NCBI GenBank assembly: GCA_046290225.1 | Contig: JBKAGE010000035.1 | Span: 224,001-288,000 of the forward strand | Source of the DNA: Bradymonadia bacterium | GTDB taxonomy: Bacteria > Myxococcota_A > Bradymonadia > UBA7976 > UBA1532 | Length of the DNA stretch: 64,000 bases | Direction: 5' to 3' | Program-made: the position numbers and the translations under genes | In this document: positions 32,425-43,300 of the stretch, one piece after another | Layout of the letters: every line of letters begins with the position of its first letter | Position numbering within the stretch: the stretch's first letter is position 1 | Notes under the pieces: model-generated | The model's input: only the letters and a program-made list of their open reading frames with translations | Databases searched by the model: none | What the model was told of the DNA's origin: nothing

Positions 32425-32693
32425 CCCCGAGGTCCGCTGACCGGCCTTCTGAAACATTCAAAGAGAATTCATAGCAAATACAGACACTTAACCTCTACCC
32501 CAGAGTCCCACAGCCTGTGGATAAACTCTACCCCACCCCCTGACAACCCAGGGAAAATCCACCGAAATCTGCCATCGACTGCGTACCGGATCGGGTCGAT
32601 CTCGAGCTCAGATCGCAGATTTGGGCCGATTTGATCTGGATCGGACCTTGCAGAGAGGGGCTGCCAACACGAATCGCCCCCAAGGAGGTCGAC

Positions 32694-34100
32694 ATGCGCG
32701 TCGGCATCATGACTGAGTATCCTTCCGTTGCCGTGCAGTCCGGGCCTGCCCTGCACACTCGCTTCTTGTACGAGCAGATGAAGGGTCGGGGGCACAGCGT
32801 GGTGCTCATGGGGCCGGACACCGGCAGTGAAGATCCTATCGACGCTTCCGAGGTTCAGCTTTACAAAGGCCGCCCCTACCCCACGCACCCGAAGGTGAAG
32901 ATCCCCATGCCGGCCAGCTTCGGCCACATGTGGAACGCCCCCGACGTGGACGTCATCCACTCCCAGACCAACACCCACATGGTGCATTACGCGGTCTGGA
33001 TGCGGCGCATGAACCGGGTGCCGGTGCTCAACACTCACACGGTGCACCTGCCCACCCACTCGCACTTCGTCATCTCGGACAAGATGTGGCAGAAGCCCGC
33101 GGTGCGGCGGTTCCTGATGAACAGCGCCTCGAAGCTCGAGCGCAACTTCGCCAAGCTCTACAACCAGGGCGACTACCTGATCGTGCAGAGCAAGCACTTC
33201 GTGCAGTACTGGAAGGACCGCGGCGTCACCATCCCCATCGAGGTGGTGGGCCGCCCCATCGACCCGGCGAAGTTCTCCAAGACCCCGGGCCGTGATCCGT
33301 TCCCCAAGGGCTTCACCAAGGGCAAGCGACTGCTGGTGGTCTGCCGCCACGACCGGGAGAAGAGCCTCGATCACCTGATCAAGATCTTCGCCGAGCATCT
33401 GGCGCCTTCTGATCCCGACATCACCCTCACCCTCGTCGGTGACGGCCACGATCACGTGAACCTCGTGAACCTCGCTTCACGGACGGGCTACGCCAACCGG
33501 ATTCACTTCCCCGGGGAGATGAAGCACGGCGAGCTCGTCGACTGGTACGCCCACAGCGACGTCTTCACCTACACCTCGATCTCCGAGACCTTCGGCAACG
33601 TGGTGAACGAGGCTCTGTGGTGCCGCCAGCCCGTGGTGGCCCTCAACGACAACATGGGCGTGGCCCATCAGGTCGAGGACGGCGTGAACGGGTTCCTCGT
33701 CGAGCCCAAGCAGGCCGACACCGACGTGCTCTTCGCGAAGCGCGTGATGCAGCTCGTCAACGACGACGCGCTCCGGGCCAGGATGGCGGAGACCGCCGCC
33801 GAGATGAGCCGGGCCCGCAGCCACCCCGACGTGGTGGTGAGCCGCTTCGAGAAGATCTACGGCGAGGCCAAGCGCCACTGCGACGCCACCATCACCCGGC
33901 CCCTGAGCGAGGCCAGCACCTTCCGCCAGAAGGCGGCCCTGGCCAACCACCTGCAGAAGTGGCGCTGGTACAACGGCTGGCTGCTCACCATCGCCAAGGT
34001 GGCCACGGGCCTCGGCGCCGGCCGCAAGGTGCCCACCCAGGCCCTGCCGGCCCCCACTGTGCACCAGACCGGCGAAGCCCGCCGGATCACCATCAGCTGA
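32694..34100 (+). CDS. GT4-family glycosyltransferase (glycolipid synthase-like)
   Basis: AAGGAGG RBS; DVIHSQT, RHDREK, VGDG, SETFGNVVNEAL. Confidence 0.88.
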   Translation: MRVGIMTEYPSVAVQSGPALHTRFLYEQMKGRGHSVVLMGPDTGSEDPIDASEVQLYKGRPYPTHPKVKIPMPASFGHMWNAPDVDVIHSQTNTHMVHYAVWMRRMNRVPVLNTHTVHLPTHSHFVISDKMWQKPAVRRFLMNSASKLERNFAKLYNQGDYLIVQSKHFVQYWKDRGVTIPIEVVGRPIDPAKFSKTPGRDPFPKGFTKGKRLLVVCRHDREKSLDHLIKIFAEHLAPSDPDITLTLVGDGHDHVNLVNLASRTGYANRIHFPGEMKHGELVDWYAHSDVFTYTSISETFGNVVNEALWCRQPVVALNDNMGVAHQVEDGVNGFLVEPKQADTDVLFAKRVMQLVNDDALRARMAETAAEMSRARSHPDVVVSRFEKIYGEAKRHCDATITRPLSEASTFRQKAALANHLQKWRWYNGWLLTIAKVATGLGAGRKVPTQALPAPTVHQTGEARRITIS

Positions 34101-34109
34101 GTCGTCTAG

Positions 34110-35141
34110 ATGTCTGATCGCGGCCTCATCTTCGTCACCGGTGGCAACGGGTTCATCGGCAGCCGTGTCGTGCGCTTGCTCGTGGAGCAGGGCTACCGGG
34201 TGCGCTGCCTGTTGCGCCAGACCAGCAACACCGATCGCATCGATGATCTCGAGTTCGAGCGCTTCATCGGCGACGTGCGAGATCAAGCGTCCCTCACCGA
34301 GGGCATGCAGGGCGCTCAGGGGTGCATCCACCTCGCCTCGATCAGCGCCTGGGAGAAGATGGAGTCGGACGAGCTGGAAGACACGGTGATCTCCGGCACT
34401 GAATACGTGATGGAGGCCGCCCTCGCCGCGGGCAAGATCCGCACAGTCTTCGTCTCGTCGATCCTCGGCATCAACGGCACCACCGAGCCCCGGGAGATGA
34501 CCGAAGACGAGGTCTTCGGCCTCGAAGGCACCCCGCTGCGGTACGCCATCGCCAAGCACAAGGCCGAGGAGCGGGTCCGCCGCTACGTTGCGGAGCAGGG
34601 CCTGCCGGCGATCATCGTGAACCCCTGCGAGGTGTACGGCCCGGAAGACACCGGCCTGATCACCGCCTGCAACCTCATCGACTTCATCAATGGCTGGCCT
34701 GCCCTCACCCTGAAGGGGGGCACCGCCATCGTGCACGTGGACGACGTGGCTCAGGCCATGGTGGCCGCCCTCGAGAAGGGCGAGCCCGGCGAGCGCTACA
34801 TCCTCGGGGGGGACAACCTCACCCTCGACGCCCTCGCCCGCCTGACCCTCGACATCGCCGGCAAGCCCAACAAGACCGTGCTCCGCCTGCCGGTGGGGCC
34901 CGTCCGGGCTGTGGTCCGGGCCATGGCAGCCATCAAGCTGCCCACGCCCGTCGTGCCCCAGGTCCTCGATTACGCTCGTTATTACTACTTCGTCGATCAC
35001 ACCAAGGCCCGCGAGACGCTGGGGTTCGACCCCCGGCCCGCACGGGCGGTTCTGGAACCCACCATCGCCTGGCTCGCCGAGGCAGGGCACATCAAAGCCC
35101 TGCCCCAGAAGGCAGACGACTCCACCGCCCAGCGCGTGTGA
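34110..35141 (+). CDS. NAD-dependent epimerase/reductase (extended SDR, HpnA/DFR-like)
   Basis: VTGGNGFIG, YAIAK catalytic motif, VHVDDVA, GERYILGG. Confidence 0.9.
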   Translation: MSDRGLIFVTGGNGFIGSRVVRLLVEQGYRVRCLLRQTSNTDRIDDLEFERFIGDVRDQASLTEGMQGAQGCIHLASISAWEKMESDELEDTVISGTEYVMEAALAAGKIRTVFVSSILGINGTTEPREMTEDEVFGLEGTPLRYAIAKHKAEERVRRYVAEQGLPAIIVNPCEVYGPEDTGLITACNLIDFINGWPALTLKGGTAIVHVDDVAQAMVAALEKGEPGERYILGGDNLTLDALARLTLDIAGKPNKTVLRLPVGPVRAVVRAMAAIKLPTPVVPQVLDYARYYYFVDHTKARETLGFDPRPARAVLEPTIAWLAEAGHIKALPQKADDSTAQRV

Positions 35142-35152
35142 AGGAGACCGAG

Positions 35153-36985
35153 ATGAACGCACCCAACATCCAGTCCCCGCAGCCCCTCGTCGCTCCGACC
35201 CTCACCGAGGCCCTCGACCGGCTCCCGAGCATGCGCCCCAACGGCGGCTACACCTTCATCGACATGAAGGGCGAGCAGCGTCTCGTGACCTATGCCGAGA
35301 TGAACACCCGCACCCGCAGCTTCGCCGGGCACCTGTACGATCAAGGCCTGCAGGTGGGCGATCGGGTGGGCCTCATCGTCATCGAGCCCGAAGACTTCGT
35401 GGTGGCCTTCTTGGGGACGATCCGCGCCGGCATGGTGCCGGTGCCCCTCTACCCCCCCATGGCCCTCGGCGAGCTCGACGCCTACCTCGGCCGCCTCGGC
35501 CGCATCTTGACCAAGGGTGAGGTGAAGGCCCTGGTGGCCTCGAAGGCCCTAGACAAGATCGTGTGGGGTGTCATGGGCAAGGTGCCCTGCCTCAAGGGCG
35601 TGCTCACCGTGGAGAAGCTCGTGGCCCCCCGCGAGCCCGTGGCTGATCTGCCGGTGCCCAAGGCCGATGATCTGTGCTTCTTGCAGTACACCTCGGGGTC
35701 GACCTCTGATCCCAAGGGTGTGGTGGTTCAGCACCAGCACTTGGCGGCGAACAGCCAGGCCATCGTGGATCACCTCGAGATCGACCGGCACACCGACAAG
35801 GCCTTCGCCTGGCTGCCGCTGTACCACGACATGGGCCTCATCGGCTTCGTGATCACCGGCACCCTGCACGGCTTCGACATCGTGCTCATGCCCACTCTGC
35901 GGTTCCTCAAGCGCCCCAACGCGTGGCTGCAGGGCATCCACGACACCCGGAGCACCATCACCTTCTGCCCGCCCTTCGCCCTGAGCCTCGCCGCTCGTCG
36001 GGCCAAGGAGGCTCAGCTCTCGAAGTGGGACTTGTCCTGCCTGCGGCTGGTGGGTGTGGGCGCCGAGCCGATCCAGCCCGAGGGGGCGCGGCAGTTCACC
36101 GAGCTGTTCAACGATCGCTGCGGCATGCCCACCACGGTGGTGACCCCGGCCTACGGCATGGCCGAGGCCACCCTGGCCATGTCGATGAAGCTGCCCGATC
36201 GTGAGTTCTCCACCCGCGTGGTCGACGCCGCCACCTTCGAGGCCACAGGCTGCGCGGTGACCGCCGAGGCCGGCGCCGCGGTGCTTGAGCACGTCTCCTG
36301 CGGCCGCCCGCTGCGCCGCCACCAGGTCCGGGCCATCAGCGCCGAGGGCAAGTGGCTGCCCGAGGGCGTGCAGGGCGAGCTGTGCTTCCGGGGGCCCTCG
36401 GTCACCGCGGGTTACTTGAACCAGCCCGAGGCCACCTCGGCGGCCTTCAAGAACGGCTGGCTGCACACCGGTGATCTGGGCTACGTGCTCGACGGCGAGA
36501 TCTTCGTCACGGGGCGACTGAAGGATCTGATCATCCTCAACGGCCGCAACCTGCACCCCCAGTCCCTGGAGTGGACGGTGGGCACCATCGACGGTGTGCG
36601 CAAAGGCAACGTGGTCTGCTTCTCGGTGCCCGGTGACGGCACCGAGGCCCTGGTGGTGGCCCTCGAGGCCCAGATCGACGCCCCTGAGGATCTCGCCGAG
36701 ACCGTGCGGGATCGCCTGCGCAAGGCCGAGGGCGTGCCGGTGGATCACGTGGTGATTTTGCAGAAGGGCCAGCTGCCCAAGACGTCTTCGGGTAAACTGC
36801 AGCGCCGCAAGGCCCGCCAGCTGTTCATCGAGGGCACCCTCGAGGCTCAGGGCTCTCGTGCTCAGGGCCAGGGCCCGAGCAACATCGCCGGCAAGGCCAC
36901 CCTTGCCCGCCACGTGGCCCGGAGCACCTGGGCCCGCATGAAGCACCAGGCCCGTGGGGCCCTGGGCCGGGGAGCGTTCTCTTGA
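35153..36985 (+). CDS. Fatty acyl-AMP ligase (FAAL)
   Basis: LQYTSGSTSDPKGV, WLPLYHDMGLIG, YGMAEATL plus FAAL-type insertion, TGDLG, LPKTSSGK. Confidence 0.92.
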   Translation: MNAPNIQSPQPLVAPTLTEALDRLPSMRPNGGYTFIDMKGEQRLVTYAEMNTRTRSFAGHLYDQGLQVGDRVGLIVIEPEDFVVAFLGTIRAGMVPVPLYPPMALGELDAYLGRLGRILTKGEVKALVASKALDKIVWGVMGKVPCLKGVLTVEKLVAPREPVADLPVPKADDLCFLQYTSGSTSDPKGVVVQHQHLAANSQAIVDHLEIDRHTDKAFAWLPLYHDMGLIGFVITGTLHGFDIVLMPTLRFLKRPNAWLQGIHDTRSTITFCPPFALSLAARRAKEAQLSKWDLSCLRLVGVGAEPIQPEGARQFTELFNDRCGMPTTVVTPAYGMAEATLAMSMKLPDREFSTRVVDAATFEATGCAVTAEAGAAVLEHVSCGRPLRRHQVRAISAEGKWLPEGVQGELCFRGPSVTAGYLNQPEATSAAFKNGWLHTGDLGYVLDGEIFVTGRLKDLIILNGRNLHPQSLEWTVGTIDGVRKGNVVCFSVPGDGTEALVVALEAQIDAPEDLAETVRDRLRKAEGVPVDHVVILQKGQLPKTSSGKLQRRKARQLFIEGTLEAQGSRAQGQGPSNIAGKATLARHVARSTWARMKHQARGALGRGAFS

Positions 36986-37227
36986 CCGACGCCGAGATCC
37001 TCAACACCCTCAAAGAGGGCATCGCCGAGGTGGCGCCTCGCAAAGCCGCAGCCCTCACTGATCCTCAGCCCACCATGGCCCTCGCTGATCTGGGCCTCGA
37101 CTCGGTGTCGCTGATGGAGGTCTTCGGCTACCTCGAAGAGACCCTCGACCTGTACCTGCCCGAAGAGAAGCTCACCGAGCTGCGCACACTCGGTGACGTG
37201 ATCGCTCTGGTCCACGCGAGCCAGTAG
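36982..37227 (+). CDS. Acyl carrier protein
   Basis: DLGLDSV phosphopantetheine motif, acidic, 81 aa, overlaps FAAL stop. Confidence 0.9.
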   Translation: MTDAEILNTLKEGIAEVAPRKAAALTDPQPTMALADLGLDSVSLMEVFGYLEETLDLYLPEEKLTELRTLGDVIALVHASQ

Positions 37228-37240
37228 CTGCCAGCGGGCT

Positions 37241-37304
37241 CATCTCTGCTGAAGCCTGTCTCCACTGAAGCACATCTTCGCTGAAGCCTATCTCTGCTGA
37301 AGAA
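37241..37304 (+). repeat. Four imperfect 16 bp tandem repeats
   Basis: catctctgctgaagcc / tgtctccactgaagca / catcttcgctgaagcc / tatctctgctgaagaa. Confidence 0.75.
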
Positions 37305-37311
37305 AGCCCCT

Positions 37312-40300
37312 ATGCACACGACCACCCCCATCGCCATCGTCGGCATTGGCTGCCGCTTTGCGGGCGCTCAAGATCTGCACGCCTACGCTGATCAGATGCT
37401 CGCCGGCGTCGACGGCTTTGGTCCGATCCCCGCGGATCGCTGGACCCACGACGGCTTCTTCGATCGCAACCCCCGCAAGGCCGACAAGGCCTACACCACA
37501 CGGGGCGGGTTCATCGACGACATCAAGAGCTTCCCCGCGGTGGCGCTGCAGATCCCGCCGCGGCGCCTCGAAGTGATGGATCCACAGCAACGCTTGATCT
37601 TGGAGGTGAGCCTTCAAGCGGTGGCGGACGCTGGGATGCACACCTCGGCCTTGCCAAAGCGTACTGGGGTGTACGTGGGGGTGACGGCGGTGGAGTTCCG
37701 CACGCTCATGGCCTCACGGATTCTGGCCCAGATGATGGCTCAGGGTGATCTCGGCGACGGCATGGTGGACCCCTCGGCCCTGGCGGCGGCCATCGATCGC
37801 GTGATCCCGCCCCGGCCCTTCACGGCACCAGGCGTGCTCTCGAACATGATCGCCGCCACGGTGGCTCAGGAGCTGGGTCTGAAGGGCCCGGCCTTCACCA
37901 TGGACGCGGCGTGCGCCTCGTCTCTGCTGGCGGTGGCCCAGGCGGTGACGGGTCTTCGGGCGGGGCTCACCGACGTGGCCCTGGCAGGCGGGGTGTACCT
38001 CTGCCTGACCCCGGAGCATCACGTGGCGTTCTCCCGCATCGGGGCCATCAGCCCCTCGGGGCGCTGCCTGCCCTTCGACGCCCGGGCCGACGGCTTCGTG
38101 CAGGGTGACGGCGCTGGCATGGTGATGCTCAAGCGCCTCGATGACGCCGAGGCCGCCGGGGATCGCATCTACGGCATCATCGAAGGCATCGCCGTGAACA
38201 ACGACGGTGGCGGCGAGGGCCCCATGGCCCCGGTGCAGTCCGGCCAGATGGACGTGATCGAGATGGCCTGGGCCGACGCGGGGCTGAGCGCTTCGAATCT
38301 GGGCTACGTGGAGACCCACGGCACCGGCACCGCGGTGGGCGACAAGACCGAGTTCGCCGCCCTGATGCAGACCCTCGGCGGTGATGTTCAGCAGGCGGCC
38401 TTGGGCTCGGCAAAGGCCAATGTGGGCCACACGATGTCCGCCGCTGGAGTGGCGGGCCTGATCCGGGCCACGCTGGCGCTCTCTCGCGAGGTGGTGCCCC
38501 CCATGGCCCACTTCGAAGGGGCCAAGGCCGAGCTGGGCCTCGACGACTCGCCTTTCTTCGTACCCACAGCCCAGCAGGCGTGGTCTGGTGCCGATCGCCT
38601 CGCGGCGGTGAGCAGCTTCGGCTTCGGCGGTACCAACGTGCATGCCGTCGTCCGCTCAGCCAATGGCGGCTCGATGGCTGCGCATGGCGCGCCCGCGCCC
38701 ACACCCCAGCTCGAGCTGGTGTGCATCTCGGCCCCTGACGAGGTCAGCCTGCAGACCCTCGCCGGCCGCACCGCCGACGCTCTTGAGGCCGATCCGAGCC
38801 TCACCGTGGCTGGAGTGGCCCGAGCATGGCAGGTCCGCCGAGCCCAGCCCGCTCGCCTGGCCCTCGTGGCCGACAACCGGGAAACCCTCGTAGCCCAGCT
38901 GCGGGCGGCCCAGGCCGGCGAGCACGCAGACGGCACCACGGCAGCCCTCGCACCGGAGACGCCCCCAAAGATCGCAGGGCTCTACCCTGGCCAGGGCGCC
39001 CAGCAGATCGGCATGTTGCGGGCCCTCAAAGATCGCTTTCCGATCATCGCCGACGCCCTCGCCGAGGCCGACTCTGTGGCCAGCGAGGTGTGCACGCGCC
39101 CGATCTCGGAGCTGCTCTACCCCGAGCTCCGCGCCGAGACCATCGACGATGAAGCCGCTCAGGCCGAGCTGACCAACACCCGCAACGCTCAGCCTGCTCT
39201 CATCGCCGTGGGCCACGCCCTCACCGCTTTGTTGGATCAGGTGGGTGTGCAGCTCGACGTTGTGGCTGGTCACTCCGTCGGTGAGTTCACCGCCGCGGTC
39301 ACCGCCGAGGTCCTGCCCTTCGAATCAGGCCTGCGCTGGGTGGCGGCTCGGGGCGCCGCCATGGCCGATCACGAGGGTGATCCTGGGGCTATGGTGGCCC
39401 TGCACGTGCCCGCAGAGCGGGCCGAGGCCCTCCTCGTCGAAGTTCTGCCTGTGGGGCACGACCACCACGGTGAAGCCATCGTGGCCAACCACAACCACCC
39501 CCGACAGGTGGTGGTCTCCGGCACGACGCCTGCGGTGGCCGTCATCACCGAGGCCGCCAAAGCTGCGGGCATGCGGGCCACGCCGCTCCAGGTCTCTCAC
39601 GGATTCCACTCCCCAGTCTTCGCCGATCTTGATCTGAGCGCTGTCGTCGATGGTCTCCCCCTCGCTGATCCGCAGATCCCCCTGGCGTCGTGTATCCAGG
39701 ATCATCCCTACGCCGACGCCGACGAAGCCCGCGCGGTCTTCAAAGCCCACGCCACCTCGCCGGTGCGCTTCGTGGATACGCTGAAGCAGTGCCAGCAGGC
39801 CGGCGCCGAGTTGTTCCTGCAGGTGGGTGTCGGCGGCCCGCTGGCCTCGTTCACCCGAGGCACCCTCGAGGCGGGCAGCCACAAGGGCGTGCTCACCCTG
39901 AGCAGCCACAAAGAGCACCTCTCGGTGGGCGCCCTGCTGCTCACCTTGGGCAAGCTCTGGGTGGCGGGCGTGCCCGTGAACACGGCGCCCATCACCGGCT
40001 CGGCCCCCGTGGCCAGTGTGCCCCCGGAGGTGCTCCCCCGCACATGGCACTGGGGCGTGAAGCGCGAGGGCAATGGCCGCACCACCCTCGTGGGTCTGCA
40101 GAGTGAGGCTAAAGCCCAAACCACAGCTCAACCCAAGACGACGACCAGCAGCCTCGCCGCTGAGAAGCCAGCGGCGAGCCCGGCCACCGCGCCCGCACCG
40201 CAGGTCGACGTGCCCGCTGAGTCGTCTGCTCAGGCCGCCTCTGCCGAGTCCGTCATTCTTTCCACTGTGGCTCAGGTGAGCGCCTACCCGCTCGCCGCCC

Positions 40301-43300
40301 TCAAGGTGGAGATGCGGCTCATGGAGGATCTGGGCTTCGACTCGCTCATGCTCGTCGATCTCGGGGAGCAGCTGGTCAAGGCGATCGACGGCCTCGACGG
40401 GCTGCCTCAGGAGCTCTTCGTCAACCAGCCCAGGATCCAGGATCTCATTGATTACGTGACCGCTCAGGGCGACAGCAACGCCGAGGCGAACACCTCGACA
40501 GCAGACGAGGCGCCAGCGCACATCGATGATCACGATCCGCTGTCGCGGTTCCGACCCCACTGGGTCGAGGCGCCGCTCCCCACGTCGACCACCCCGTGGC
40601 CCGAAGGGCTGAAGGTGGCCATCGCCGGGCCCGGCGTCAGCGCCGCGGGGGTGCGGAGCGCTCTGCAGCAACGCGGCAACGCGCTGGTGAGCCCCTCCGA
40701 ATGCGATGTGCTCGTCTGGTGCGCAGACGGTGTCGATCAGCCGCACCTGGCCCTCGTCGTCGATGGTGACGATCCGGCCCCTGATCCTGCCGCAGCGCTG
40801 CTGTCGACCCTCAAGACCCTCGACAGCAACAGCCACCGACCCGACGTGATGGTCCTCCGCGACGCCGAGGACTTCTGGGCCGAGGGCCTCACCGGGGTGA
40901 TCCGCGCCCTGGCGCGAGAGTGGCCCGAGAGCCGCTGCCAGAGCCTGCGCTTCGACGCAGGCCTCAGCGCCGAAGCCCGCGTGGAGATCTTCACCCAGGC
41001 TGCAGTGAGCGCCGACGCCACCGTCGACGCCCTGTTCACGCCCACAGGGCGCTTCATCGCCGATCTGGCCCCAGCGCCGGAGACCGCAGAGCCGTTTGCA
41101 CCCACCAAATGGGGCTGGACGGTGATCACCGGGGGCATGCGGAGCGTGGGCCTCGCCATTGCCCAGCGGCTGCTCGATGCCGGCGGCATGGTGGCCCTCG
41201 TGGGCCGCAAGGGCCCCTCCAGCGAGGCAGAAGATCTGTGGCACACCCACGGCGAGCGGGTGGCCTTCGTCAAAGCCGACGTGCTCGACAAAAAAGGCAT
41301 CGCGCTGGCGCTGGAGAGGTGGCATGGCCGAGTGCACACCATGGTGCACTGTGCTGGTGTCCTCGCCGACGGCGCAGTAGGTCAGGTGAGCCTTGAGGCG
41401 GGTCGCAGTGTACGCGCGGTCAAGACTCAGGGCTGGCTCAACAGCCTCGCCGCCTGTGGCCGGGGGCTCAAGCGCACTGTGGCCATCGGCTCGTGGGCAG
41501 GTCGTTTCGGCAACCGGCACCAGTTGCACTACGCTGCAGCCAACGCCCAGATGGCCGCCATCGCCGAGCATCTGCCGATCCCTGCAGTGGTCTCCGAGTT
41601 CGGCCCCTGGACCGACAGCACCATGGGGCAGACCCTCTCTGAGGGGGTCAAGGCCACCATGCGAGCCAGCGGCGTCGACTTCGTGGGCACCGAGGCGGGC
41701 GTGAACGCCGTGCTCGCCGATCTCGCCGATCCCATCGGGGTGAGCCTGAGGGCCCGCCGCGTACCTCAGCGCGATCGCCGCGTGCAGCAACGCGTGCCGT
41801 TGTCGGTGGCCGCGCACCCGTACCTGCACGATCACGCCATCGGCGGTGTGCCGGTGCTGCCCATGGCCTCAGTGGTCGATCTCATCGCGTGGTCCAGCGC
41901 CGTGCAGGGGCCCTTCGAGGTCAGCAACGTGCGCTTGTTCCGAGGGGTGACGGTCACCGAAGACACCCACCTCACGGTGCAGGTCAACGGCGACGCCGCT
42001 CGAGTGACTGGTCCTGAAGACACCCTGCACTACACCGCCACGGTGCGGCCTGTGCTCGACCTGCCCACCTGGGCCGCCGTCGACGCCACTGGCCCCGTGG
42101 GGGTCGATCTCGACACCTTCTACCGCGACGTCACGTTCCACGGCCCCATGCTGCGCGGCCTCGTCGCTGCCGAAGGCGCTGGGCCCGACGTGATCCGTGG
42201 TCGAGTGAAGACCGGCCGCCCCAGCGACTGGATGCCCGACACCGCGCGAGATCGCTGGTCTGTCGATCCGCTGGCCCTCGACTCGGCCTTCCAGCTCGCA
42301 GCCGTGGCCGCCTGGGTGCAGTTCCAGCGTGGGGGCACCCCCATCGCTCTGGAGCGTCTGGTCCAGATCGCGCCGCTGCCCGCAGGTGAGATCTGGGCCG
42401 AGGTGCGGCTGAAGAGCCACACCGGCGACCAGTTCACTGCCGATGTGGCCCTGCTCGACGCCAGCGGCGCGCTGTTGCTGCTCGCCGAGGGCCTCAAAGC
42501 AGAGCTGCGGGCCATCGAGGCCCCTGATCAGGGCCACGATCCAGCGCCCCAGGCACCTGAGACCCCTGCAACTGAAGCCCCTGCCGCCGAGGCGATGGAG
42601 CTGAAGCCCGAGTGGACCGACTTCGCCGAGGCCCCAGAGTACAAAGACCTGCGCATGCGCCTCGATATGGTGGGCGCGCTGGGCTTGAAGAACCCCTACT
42701 TCGACGTGCACCAGGGCACCGCCCGCAGCCACAGCCTCATCGACGGCCGCGACTGCCTGAACTACAGCAGCTACAACTACCTCGGTTACTCTGGTGATCC
42801 CCGAGTGCTCGACGCCGTCGAGGCCGCCATGCGCACGTACGGCACCTCGGTGAGCGCCAGCCGGGTGGCCAGTGGGGAGCGGCCGTTCCACGGTGAGCTC
42901 GAGCGGGGCCTCGCCGCCGCTCAGAACGCCGACGCTGCCGTGGTCATGGGCTCGGGTCACGCCACCAACGTCACCACCATCGGTCACCTGTTCGGCTCGA
43001 AGGATCTCATCCTGCACGACGAGCTGATCCACGACTCGTGTCTGCAGGGCATCAAGCTCTCCGGAGCTGCCCGCCGGAGCTATCGTCACGAGGATCCTGA
43101 GCACCTCGAGTCTCAGCTCAAGATGCTGCGCCCGCACTACGAGCGCGTGCTCATCTTGACCGAGGGCGTGTACTCGATGGACGGCGACATCTCGAACACA
43201 CCGGCCTTTGTGGCGCTCAAGCGCAAATACGGCTGCTTGCTGATGGTCGACGAGGCCCACTCCTTCGGCACCGTAGGGGCCACGGGCCGGGGCGTCGGCG

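Noticed and set aside
32348..32690. Chromosomal replication origin
   Set aside because: Only one perfect DnaA box, no dnaA, dnaN or gidA nearby, and skew cannot be assessed by eye. Kept only as a regulatory observation.
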